Shown: one piece after another, positions 18,226 to 26,644 of the stretch
How positions within the stretch are numbered: the first letter of the stretch is position 1
Layout of the letters: each line of letters opens with the position of its first letter
Source of the DNA: an uncultured Chloroflexales bacterium
GTDB taxonomy: Bacteria; Chloroflexota; Chloroflexia; Chloroflexales; Chloroflexaceae
Length of the DNA stretch: 64,000 nucleotides
Reading direction: 5' to 3'
NCBI GenBank assembly: GCA_937925925.1
Contig: CALANA010000114.1
Span: 185 to 64,184 of the forward strand
Position numbers and translations under genes: made by a program
Notes under the pieces: model-generated
The model's database searches: none
The model's input: only the letters and a program-made list of their open reading frames with translations
What the model was told of the DNA's origin: nothing

Positions 18226-18402
18226 TGTACACGAGTTACGCGCTCACTTGAACCAGATGTCTTTGTCGCTTGCGGTGGCATAGAAGGAACCATATCTTTG
18301 TACCCCGCTTTTCGTCATAGACGAAAATTTGGTTGCAAAAAAAGGTACCGCTCTGCCGCCGGCGAAAAGGCGAACTGACGTTACTACCGCATAATTCCTG
18401 TA
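18226..18402. mobile_element. MITE-B copy B5
   Basis: tgtacacgagttacgcgc...aaccagatgtctttgtcgcttgcgg...ttttcgtcatagacgaaaa...ccgctctgccgccggcgaaaaggcga...ctaccgcataattcctgta. Confidence 0.7.
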
Positions 18403-18535
18403 CTTTATATACTATCCGTTATGATCGTATGATAGCGTTCCACACTAAATGTGACGTGGGTATCAAGATTGACACTGGTAACAGCACTACAATCACATAT
18501 GCAGTATAGCGACCTCTTCCCATTCCGTCAACTCT

Positions 18536-18696
18536 CTAGCAATCCTCCGGTGCTTAACAACTGATTTGCACGAGGTACGCGGTAGCGGTGTCAATCAGCC
18601 TTTTCGCCTGCGGCAGCTTCAGAAGTACTGCTCTGCGCAGGCGAAAGACGTTTTGTTTGAGTGAACGCGTACGTCCTGTGATGTAGGATTGCTATA
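18536..18696. mobile_element. Minimal MITE-A (TIR pair) interrupted by MITE-B copy B6
   Basis: tagcaatcctccggtgcttaacaactgat [B6] atgtaggattgctata. Confidence 0.6.
18568..18679. mobile_element. MITE-B copy B6 (nested in a MITE-A TIR pair)
   Basis: gcacgaggtacgcggtagc ... ttttcgcctgcggcag ... ctctgcgcaggcgaaag ... gaacgcgtacgtcctgt. Confidence 0.8.
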
Positions 18697-18716
18697 TCAG
18701 CGTCGTGCTGATGTGT

Positions 18717-20738
18717 TTATGGCATAGCGCCCCAACTCGTCATCAACTCGCGGGTAAGCAAGCCCAGTTGTACCTCGTGGGGTGTGCCATTCAGTTCTGG
18801 ATGGTTCTCAAACCGCGCCCGTTCAAAGTATTGGACGGTATATGGGCGTCCCGTCTCAGGATGTGTCATCTCAAAGGCCTCGGTAAGTGGGTAGCCTACC
18901 AACGACAATCCACCCTGTTGCTCCCAAACTTCCTGGAAGGGTGGACAAATACTATGCCCGGTTTCGCGGAAGAACAGGCAATCCGGGCCAGCATCAGATA
19001 CGCGGGGCAGCAGGTGCCAGTTAATTCCACGTCGTTCCAGTGCTGTTGTGCCCAGATGTCCCAACTGTACTTCGTAGGGTGTGCCACTAAATTCGGGAAA
19101 ATGCTCAAACCGTGCCCGCTCAAAATACTGCACCACCCGTGGGCGTCCACTCCCGAATTCTGGCTCAATCAGTTCCTCGGTTAATGGATAGCCAAACCGG
19201 GCCAGACCGCCATGCCTTTGCCAGTATGTCCGAAAAGCTCCCCGCAGGCTATGCCCGGTCGTCTGAAAATAGTCACCGCCACGGGGCACCGGCGGATCAT
19301 ACTCCACAAAGATGGGAGCACCAGTGGACGGCAGGCGCAAGGTCAAATTCCCGTTATCGGTATAGAGGATATGCTGTACCTGACCATTCCAGGCCCGCAC
19401 CAGTGCCTGGCTACATCCACAGTCCACCATCAACGCTGGCGAACTATCAATGGTGCGCCAGAGAACATCAACGCGCCGCCCGCTGCCCGCAAACTGATAC
19501 CAGTAGACGTGCGGTTGACCCGGTACCATGCCATTGGCACGTACCTCTTGCAGCATCAAACCCGCCAGCATATTCGTGAGAGTGCGGTAGGCCACGAATG
19601 CTGGCTTTCGCAGATCGCCCCGATTGGGATCAAGCGGATAGGTACGCCGCAACAGTCCAAAATGAAACTGGTCATAGCGTTCATTATAGACCGGTTGATG
19701 ATATGGCGCATCCGGGTAAGTGTCATTCCGAAAGTCATACCAGAACACCTTCTCGATACTAGGATGCGCCATCGCCAGGACGTAGGCGCGTATCAAAAAA
19801 AAGGCTTGTGTATCGAGATCCACACCTGGCCACTGGGTATGCGTTGACCACCCCCATTCAGTAATCCAGACCGGTTTTGGCCCATAGATCTGTAGCAATT
19901 CATCCAGTCGTTCCATCTCGTCGTAGAAATCAACCGATGCGTTGCGTCGCCAGGGGCTACCTTCGGGCGCATCCGGGCGATAGGGATGGATCGCCAGAAT
20001 ATCGACATAATTCCAGCCACCAAGATTGCCTACTTTCTGCAAATAATCAAAGTAGTCGTAGTTATAGGGGGACGGTGGCTCACTCCAGATACTTGCCAGA
20101 CCACCCATCACAATCGTTGCTTCGGGGTCGGCGGCACGCGCAGCAGCAGAGCCAACTTGCAGGATACGCACGAAATCACGCACTTCATAGAGGCCACTTT
20201 CATAGCCAGACTTTGCCAGGTTCGGTTCGTTCCACAGTTCCCAATGTTTCACCCAGCCTTTTTCACGGCCATAACGTGCCACGGCTGCATAGACAAAATC
20301 GCCCCAATCTTTAATCCACTCTTCAGGCCGCGGATTCTTACCCTTAAACCAGGCCGGATTATAATCAAGGAGTCCCAGAATCTTAATCCCGGCGGCTACC
20401 TGCGCTCCTATGGCACGGTCATAATCAAAAAAGCCACTCCCGTCACCAGTCCAGGTAAACGGCCCACCGGGATATTGCTGGACACGATCCCAGAAGATTT
20501 CTTCTCGCTGCCACTGTACTCCCGCCTCACGCATCAAGGCGACCGCTGTATCAATCTCATCAGCGCGGACGCGATTGCCCAGTGCGGCAATAATCCCAAA
20601 CGGTGTGCCTTTATCGCGCCAGGGCAGATCCGCTGCTGGTGCCGAGTATATGTTATTCGGTGCAAGAGGCACGAGCAGTATCAGCAGGGGGAGCAGCAAC
20701 ATCGACAGCCGTTGAAAACGGTGTACGAAGATCGTCAT
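18717..20738 (-). CDS. Secreted clan GH-A glycoside hydrolase (GH5/GH39-like) with two C-terminal about 75-aa repeats
   Basis: Signal peptide. WELWNEPN (acid/base) and ITEWGWS (nucleophile) motifs. C-terminal duplicated ETGHS...GYPLTE...VQYFERARFE...EVQLG module. Confidence 0.75.
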   Translation of the reverse strand: MTIFVHRFQRLSMLLLPLLILLVPLAPNNIYSAPAADLPWRDKGTPFGIIAALGNRVRADEIDTAVALMREAGVQWQREEIFWDRVQQYPGGPFTWTGDGSGFFDYDRAIGAQVAAGIKILGLLDYNPAWFKGKNPRPEEWIKDWGDFVYAAVARYGREKGWVKHWELWNEPNLAKSGYESGLYEVRDFVRILQVGSAAARAADPEATIVMGGLASIWSEPPSPYNYDYFDYLQKVGNLGGWNYVDILAIHPYRPDAPEGSPWRRNASVDFYDEMERLDELLQIYGPKPVWITEWGWSTHTQWPGVDLDTQAFFLIRAYVLAMAHPSIEKVFWYDFRNDTYPDAPYHQPVYNERYDQFHFGLLRRTYPLDPNRGDLRKPAFVAYRTLTNMLAGLMLQEVRANGMVPGQPHVYWYQFAGSGRRVDVLWRTIDSSPALMVDCGCSQALVRAWNGQVQHILYTDNGNLTLRLPSTGAPIFVEYDPPVPRGGDYFQTTGHSLRGAFRTYWQRHGGLARFGYPLTEELIEPEFGSGRPRVVQYFERARFEHFPEFSGTPYEVQLGHLGTTALERRGINWHLLPRVSDAGPDCLFFRETGHSICPPFQEVWEQQGGLSLVGYPLTEAFEMTHPETGRPYTVQYFERARFENHPELNGTPHEVQLGLLTRELMTSWGAMP

Positions 20739-20792
20739 AGTCTATCTTTACTCCGCAAGATATTTCAATAAGTTACAGCAAGCACTGTAGCA

Positions 20793-21533
20793 TTACACAG
20801 TGCCCGCCTTTGACAATACTACCAGCATATACAGCTTAAATCGACATAAGGCAGGTATATCAGTTATCTTTTCATAGACCAATGCCAGCCGAAACAGAAG
20901 CGGTGAAAATGCTAGATAGAATGGATTCCCAACATACACACAGGCGTTCAACTGCAAGCCAGCCGTTCGCGCCAGTTTGTTGATTGCTCGCTGTGTATTA
21001 GCGCGATAGAACGTAGGATGTGATTCATGATTAGGACGTTGCAGCAACCCCTGGATGAGCCAACGTTGGATACCATCAGGCACGAGCCGACTCACGAGCG
21101 GAATATAATGATGAGCGTTGGTCGTAAACAGGATCAACTTGCTTCCTGGACGTACGATACGACTCATTTCGTTAAACACTGATTGTGGGTCTTGAAGGTG
21201 TTCAATAGTCCACTGGCTGACCAGGACATCAAAACTCGCGCTCGCAAAAGGTAGATACTCAGCATTAGCCAGCACGCGCTGGCTCACTGTCGTATTCTGC
21301 TGCAGATCGTTCAAACTCAGATCAACGCCAACCGAACGTCTGGTAGTATGGATCGCTGCCTCAGCCAGACTCATCCGCCCACAACCAACGTCAATCAAGG
21401 AGGTATCCTGGGTTACAACCGTTGCAATCAGATCATGGTACTGCTCGCCAGCATTGCGAAAATTGGGATACCACCGCGCAAAGATTTGCTGACAACGTTG
21501 ATACCGATGCTGTAATAGAGCGGAAAAGTCCAC
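20793..21533 (-). CDS. Class I SAM-dependent methyltransferase
   Basis: LIDVGCGRM motif I and DVLVSQWTIEHL (methyltransf_11-like). Confidence 0.8.
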   Translation of the reverse strand: MDFSALLQHRYQRCQQIFARWYPNFRNAGEQYHDLIATVVTQDTSLIDVGCGRMSLAEAAIHTTRRSVGVDLSLNDLQQNTTVSQRVLANAEYLPFASASFDVLVSQWTIEHLQDPQSVFNEMSRIVRPGSKLILFTTNAHHYIPLVSRLVPDGIQRWLIQGLLQRPNHESHPTFYRANTQRAINKLARTAGLQLNACVYVGNPFYLAFSPLLFRLALVYEKITDIPALCRFKLYMLVVLSKAGTV

Positions 21534-21882
21534 CCGAACCTCCTACTCAATCGGATGGTCTGGTCAGTGATGACCTATGGATCTTGGCTCTGGTCACCGT
21601 TGCCTGTCTCACGTACATCACGCAGAACTATAGTATACACGAAAATAGAGTCACCCTGACATTGTTCTGGTGCAAGTGTACCACATTCAGCCTGATATAC
21701 TATCAGCGCCAGATTGAAAGAACATGACCGGCATATTACAAATTGCTTAAGGGTTGGGTGTTGGTCTCACGTGCAGATTGCTTGTAGGGACAGTGCCCTC
21801 GTCTGCTCCTGCCAGCGTATTGATGCGCCAGAGGGATATCAGGAACACCCACGAGGGGTATCCTCAAAACCGGTTTGTCGAT

Positions 21883-22716
21883 CTAATCGCGTACCAGCAA
21901 ACTAAAGACCACAATCTGGTGCTGTTCTTGATGCGCTAATCGCAGACCTGTCGCTTGTAACCGGCGGTTCAACTCTGCCAGTGACCAGAAGGTAATCCCA
22001 CCTGGACGTAAAAGCCTCTGCACAACACGTCCCGGAGTATGCTCGGCCTGAACCAGATTCATGAGAACACAGCGGCCACCCGGTACCAACACCCGTTGTA
22101 GCTCGGACAAACAGCGGTCAGCATCACCAATTTCATTCAGTGAACCGCCCATGACCACGCCAGCCACCGTCTGGTTGGCAAAAGGAAGTGCCTGCGCTTT
22201 CGCCCGCACAAAGCTAATACGTAACTGCTCTTTGTGGGCAAAAGTGTGGGCCTGACGCAGCATCGGTAAGGAATGGTCAATCCCAATCACATGCCCCTGA
22301 TCGGCAGAGAGTTTCGCCGCCAGTGCCCGGGCATAGAGGCCATTAGAACACGCCACATCGACATACAATCCACCGTGTTCTGGTGCGGCCAGTTCGACTA
22401 ATAACGGCAGTTCGCGATCATAGCCAAATGCCTCCCCCGTGAACAAGCTCAGGGCACGTTTACGCCACAGGCGCTCATAGGCCCAGGCCGTTGGCGGGAG
22501 ATAATTGGTCAGTTGGGCTATACTGTCTGGTGCGTATCCCGATCCTAAGAGATCGGCAATCGCCAGATCGATCGGGTACATTGTGCCGCTAGATTGGCAG
22601 CGTAACTGCCCGGAGAGGATGGCTCCGTCTGCCGCCGCCTGCGCACCGGGTGCCAGGATAAGCGGCTGATCAGGATGTTCAGGGCAGCGAAGATACGCTA
22701 ATGCTTCTGGATACAT
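21883..22716 (-). CDS. SAM-dependent methyltransferase with N-terminal Trm112-like zinc-ribbon segment
   Basis: LRCPEH...LRCQ N-terminus. YVDVACSNGLYARAL motif I. VVMGGSLNEI motif. Confidence 0.8.
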   Translation of the reverse strand: MYPEALAYLRCPEHPDQPLILAPGAQAAADGAILSGQLRCQSSGTMYPIDLAIADLLGSGYAPDSIAQLTNYLPPTAWAYERLWRKRALSLFTGEAFGYDRELPLLVELAAPEHGGLYVDVACSNGLYARALAAKLSADQGHVIGIDHSLPMLRQAHTFAHKEQLRISFVRAKAQALPFANQTVAGVVMGGSLNEIGDADRCLSELQRVLVPGGRCVLMNLVQAEHTPGRVVQRLLRPGGITFWSLAELNRRLQATGLRLAHQEQHQIVVFSLLVRD

Positions 22717-22873
22717 ACATTTACGATAATTTGCCTGGTACTACAACAAAGCGTCCTACCACAGAAGACGCAGCGGGTAGCGTAACGCTGAACCATTCTT
22801 TTCTTTCTTCCACTTCGGCGTTCTCTGCGACCTCGACGATAGGGTTGCATCATAATCCTCGTTGTCGTACTCG

Positions 22874-22964
22874 TGGTTGACCACACTGAGTATACAGATC
22901 ATCATGTAGTAACGACTAAAGTCGTTACTACCGCCGTATCCTTGAACATCACGGTGGTCAACCA
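22874..22964. mobile_element. MITE-E copy E1 (the right flank ctag contains the HD-GYP gene stop codon)
   Basis: TIRs tggttgaccac / gtggtcaacca. Flanks are ctcg (22870-22873) and ctag (22965-22968). Core gtaacgactaaagtcgttac. Confidence 0.8.
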
Positions 22965-23972
22965 CTAGAATAAAACATGCATATACTGCTCGAGATTATG
23001 TTCGAGTACTTTAGAAGGACTACGAAGAAGATCTTGTTCGATTAAATCAAGAAAAACCGCAATCAACTCGCTGTCCCACTGCTTGCCAGCCCCCTGGCAT
23101 AATCGTTGGAGCGCCTCGGCCTTGCTCACCGCCTGACGATAGGGACGGTCAGTCGTCATTGCATCATATGCATCGACAATCGCAATAATCCGTGCCCCGA
23201 CCGGAATTTCCTCACCGCGTAGTCCATAAGGATACCCTCTACCGTTCCACTGTTCGTGATGTGCGAGAATAATCGGCTGCACCTCGCGGGCAAAGCGCAT
23301 CGGTGCCACAATGCGTGCGCCGAATTCAGGGTGCTGCTTAATCTGGGCATACTCCTCCGGGGTCAGTGAGCCTGGTTTGCGCAAAATGGCGTCGTCCACC
23401 CCGATCTTCCCAATATCGTGCAGAATGCCACCATAGCGCACAGCACGAGACTGTTCGAGGGACAAACCAGCCGCAATCGCCAGTTGCTCACCATAACTGG
23501 CTAATCGCCATAAATGGCCTTCCGTGTATGCGTCCTTCGTTTCCACGGTCAACGCCAGCATAAAAATAACACTCTCAGTACGCTCCAGTTGATCGGTCAG
23601 GCGTTTGAGCCGCAACTGTGAGCGGATACGTGCCTGAAGCAGGCTATGTTCCAAAGGTTTGGTCAGAAAGTCATCAGCCCCAACTTCCATGCCTCGCCGC
23701 CGATGTTCACGCTCCTCCAGGCCAGTTAACATCGTGATCGGAATTAACGCCGTGCGTTCATCGTTCTTCAGGCATTGGCAAACACTAAAGCCATCAAGCT
23801 TCGGCAGTTGAACATCAAGCAATATGAGATCCGGGAGGGTGTTGGCGACTGTTTGTAACGCCTCGAGGCCGTCTCTGGCGGTTATGGTCTCATAGCCTTC
23901 ACGCTTGAGTAACCGCACCAGAACATCCAGTATGAGTGGATCGTCATCAACAATCAGTATCTTCGCCGACAC
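22965..23972 (-). CDS. Response regulator with HD-GYP domain (c-di-GMP phosphodiesterase type)
   Basis: KILIVDDDP...LILLDVQLPKLDG receiver. HDIGKIGV and HHEQWNGRGYPYGL motifs. Confidence 0.9.
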   Translation of the reverse strand: MSAKILIVDDDPLILDVLVRLLKREGYETITARDGLEALQTVANTLPDLILLDVQLPKLDGFSVCQCLKNDERTALIPITMLTGLEEREHRRRGMEVGADDFLTKPLEHSLLQARIRSQLRLKRLTDQLERTESVIFMLALTVETKDAYTEGHLWRLASYGEQLAIAAGLSLEQSRAVRYGGILHDIGKIGVDDAILRKPGSLTPEEYAQIKQHPEFGARIVAPMRFAREVQPIILAHHEQWNGRGYPYGLRGEEIPVGARIIAIVDAYDAMTTDRPYRQAVSKAEALQRLCQGAGKQWDSELIAVFLDLIEQDLLRSPSKVLEHNLEQYMHVLF

Positions 23973-24422
23973 ACGCTTACCTTTCTCCCTTATTGCCGGG
24001 AACCCAGAAACAATGCTATTGATTGTCCGCCAATGCTCCAGCGAACAGAATAGAAAAGGTATTCTGATGCAAAAACAGTAATCGTTCAGGGAAATGAGTG
24101 TCAGCAGGGGGTACGTGGGCCTGTTGCCACCTCACTGTTCGGCCCAGCGGGACGAACAAGAAACGCCGGGGTACCGTTCTCCGCAATCACCGCACTTGAA
24201 CAATTACCAGATATGACCATGATGCACGTATACACTACATCATACAACGAGGTGGTCAAATTGATACTGATGGACATAATTGATCTACCGCCCGGTAACA
24301 AGGCTGACCGGAAAGCGCCATCAACATGTTTTTGACCACTCCGCTCATACAACACTGTATTCTGGTCGTGTGCTGATTATAGCAAAAAAACACATAAAGT
24401 GTGTAAACGACGAGGAAGGATA

Positions 24423-24530
24423 GTAAACGTTCCCTTTTGGGAGAACGGGCAGCCTGCCCGCGCATGCGTGACGGAGAGAGGGACGCCCGCGCTTCCAGGC
24501 GTGCGCGTTCCGCCGAGTCTGAACGGCTAC
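24423..24530. mobile_element. D-type element D1
   Basis: gtaaacgttcccttttgggagaacgggcagcctgcccgcgcatgcg...gggacgcccgcgcttccaggcg...ctgaacggctac. Confidence 0.7.
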
Positions 24531-24549
24531 CGAGATGCTCGTTCAGACC

Positions 24550-24906
24550 CTAATAGTCAGGCGCAAGCAAGCGCAACTGTGGCACTTGCATCGGTATGGT
24601 ACCTGATTGGGCAACGATAAACCTCTCCATCTCGTCATACAATACCAGGAGATCAACTCCCATATAAGGACTGGGCAACCCGGCTAACCTGGCGCGACTC
24701 TTGGCCCAGTTACGGTACATTCCACGCTGGTTGCTCTGTTGCCATTTTACCAGAGCCGCCGCTGTTTGAATAATGCCCTTAAAAAACCGGGCCTCATCTG
24801 CATCCGTTGCTGCTCGCCAGCATTGTTCCCACTGCTCATGGGCATGCCAGAAATGGCCGGCATTGAACAGGCGAATACCTTCCAGGTATGCTTCAGGATA
24901 GGGCAT
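24550..24906 (-). CDS. DUF309 domain protein
   Basis: FNAGHFWHAHEQWEQCW signature. Confidence 0.8.
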   Translation of the reverse strand: MPYPEAYLEGIRLFNAGHFWHAHEQWEQCWRAATDADEARFFKGIIQTAAALVKWQQSNQRGMYRNWAKSRARLAGLPSPYMGVDLLVLYDEMERFIVAQSGTIPMQVPQLRLLAPDY

Positions 24907-25000
24907 AGCTCAGAAATACTGCACCGTGATAGAGAACAAAGTCACCCCTGATACACTTGATTATCAGGGGTGACTGATTCGACGCATCTCACAGCAAAGA

Positions 25001-25444
25001 CTAATGACTACCGCAGGTAGAACATCCACCGCTACTGGCAGGAGCTTCATCAGCACCACTATCTTCATTCGTACGGAACGAATGCCCGCAACCACACCCG
25101 GAAACGGCGTTGGGGTTATCAATCTTAAACCCGCCGCCCATCAGACTATCTACATAGTCCACTGATGCACCTTGCAAATAGCGAGCGCTAACCGGATCGA
25201 CCAGAATGCGCAAATCACTGCTGAAAAAATCGCTATCGCCCTCGCGCACTTCATCATCAAAGGTCATCCCATATTGTAAGCCTGAACAACCACCACCCGA
25301 AACAAACACCCGGAGCGCGTAACCATCCAGTTCTTTCTCGCGCATCAGTGCCGTCAAGTGTTCAGCCGCTGGCTGCGTTACTGTCAACACGGGTTGCGTG
25401 GTTACAGGTTGCACACGTGCAGTTCCCTGCTCAACAACTGTCAT
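25001..25444 (-). CDS. Iron-sulfur cluster insertion/assembly protein (IscA/HesB/ErpA family) with Cys-containing C-terminal extension
   Basis: VFVSGGGCSGLQYGMTFD and FKIDNPNAVSGCGCGHSF motifs. Confidence 0.9.
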   Translation of the reverse strand: MTVVEQGTARVQPVTTQPVLTVTQPAAEHLTALMREKELDGYALRVFVSGGGCSGLQYGMTFDDEVREGDSDFFSSDLRILVDPVSARYLQGASVDYVDSLMGGGFKIDNPNAVSGCGCGHSFRTNEDSGADEAPASSGGCSTCGSH

Positions 25445-25574
25445 TTATCCATCCTCCTTCAATATGAGCATCTTCTCGACACTGAAACGTGCATAGCAAA
25501 GTATACCAGATGTCAGAACGAAACGCTAGTGTTTTCTTTTGTAACGAGATGAGACATGCTTCTACCTGTTACTA

Positions 25575-25716
25575 CCAGGACGTACGCAGTGAGAGCGCCC
25601 GGCCCGGTAAACGGTCGGGCGACACATGGACTGACGCGCCGTCCGCGCCAGCGTCCGGTGTGCGCTGCCCTTGCCCGACGCGTCTGCGTCCGAGTACAGG
25701 CGACCGCGTATGCCAC
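25575..25716. mobile_element. MITE-B copy B7
   Basis: ccaggacgtacgcagtg...cgcccggcccggtaaacggtcgggc...caggcgaccgcgtatgcc. Confidence 0.7.
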
Positions 25717-25817
25717 ATTTGTGGTCGTATACCTGGCCCATTCCCTGGCCGAAGACACGATCAAGCACAGAAAAACGCCGGTCACTGCGCACGCTCTATC
25801 AATGATTGTAGGACACG

Positions 25818-25999
25818 GTAATTGTTCACTCTTCTCTTGGGAGCGCGGGCACGCTGCCCGTGCATGCGTGCTGGCGGGTGGGACGCCCGCGCTCCCAGGC
25901 GACTGTGCATGCTGGCGGGCGTCCCGCCCGCGCTCCCAGGCGACTGTGCGTGTTGGCGGGCGAGACGCCCGCGCTCCCAGGCGCACCATGAACGCTGAC
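25818..25999. mobile_element. D-type element D2 with about 44-bp internal triplication
   Basis: gtaattgttcactcttctcttgggagcgcgggcacgctgcccgtgcatgcg. The cgcccgcgctcccaggcg unit occurs three times. It ends in catgaacgctgac. Confidence 0.75.
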
Positions 26000-26110
26000 G
26001 ACAGAGCTGACTCCCAAATGTGAACAGTTACAGCGCTCGGCAGATTTGACACAACGCGGATCGTGTCTAGAATAAATGATCGTACTTGTTTGTAGGGATT
26101 GTGCCAGTCT

Positions 26111-26605
26111 ATGAAACGACCGACCAGCGTAACACTTCTGGGAATACTTATTTTTATTCAGGGATTGATTTTCACGGTTCTTTCCAGTTTTGCATTGCTT
26201 CTGTTTAGCACCACACTATCTGAATCATTACCGCCAGACATCGCGTCTGAACTCCCCACCGTGCGCTTACAGGATCTCTTATTGGCAGCTTCGGCACTGG
26301 TCATGGGTGGTGTTGGTCTGGTCAGCAGTATTGGTATTTTGCGATTGCGTTCCTGGGCATGGCTCATGGCCATGATTGCTCAGGGCATCAACCTGTTTGC
26401 AGAGATGGTCAACTATACGCGCGGCCAGGCGAACTATATCAGCCTGGTTGTTTCGACCATTATTGTCTTTTATCTCAATCAGCGCGATGTGCAAATTGCT
26501 TTTCGGGTGGCGCATCGTCGTGAAAATCCTGCCAGTGTGCGCACGGCTGAGGAGGATCAGGCTGCAATCGAAGAGGCCCGGCGCGACGTTGTGGAAAGCA
26601 AGTAG
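26111..26605 (+). CDS. Small integral membrane protein, unknown function
   Basis: Four hydrophobic segments. Start set at the first ATG (the ORF track starts at TTG 26099). It lies 40 nt upstream of the next gene on the same strand. Confidence 0.55.
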   Translation: MKRPTSVTLLGILIFIQGLIFTVLSSFALLLFSTTLSESLPPDIASELPTVRLQDLLLAASALVMGGVGLVSSIGILRLRSWAWLMAMIAQGINLFAEMVNYTRGQANYISLVVSTIIVFYLNQRDVQIAFRVAHRRENPASVRTAEEDQAAIEEARRDVVESK

Positions 26606-26644
26606 TAGTCGTGCTGCTGCGAGACAGCACATGAGGAAGACGAT

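Noticed and set aside
19986-20771. A 261-aa plus-strand ORF
   Set aside because: It is antisense to the glycoside hydrolase gene, has no recognisable motif, and overlaps a supported CDS along its full length.
25513-26052. 179-aa minus-strand and 155-aa plus-strand ORFs
   Set aside because: They cover MITE-B7 and the D2 element. The peptides are Arg/Ala/Pro-rich and low-complexity.
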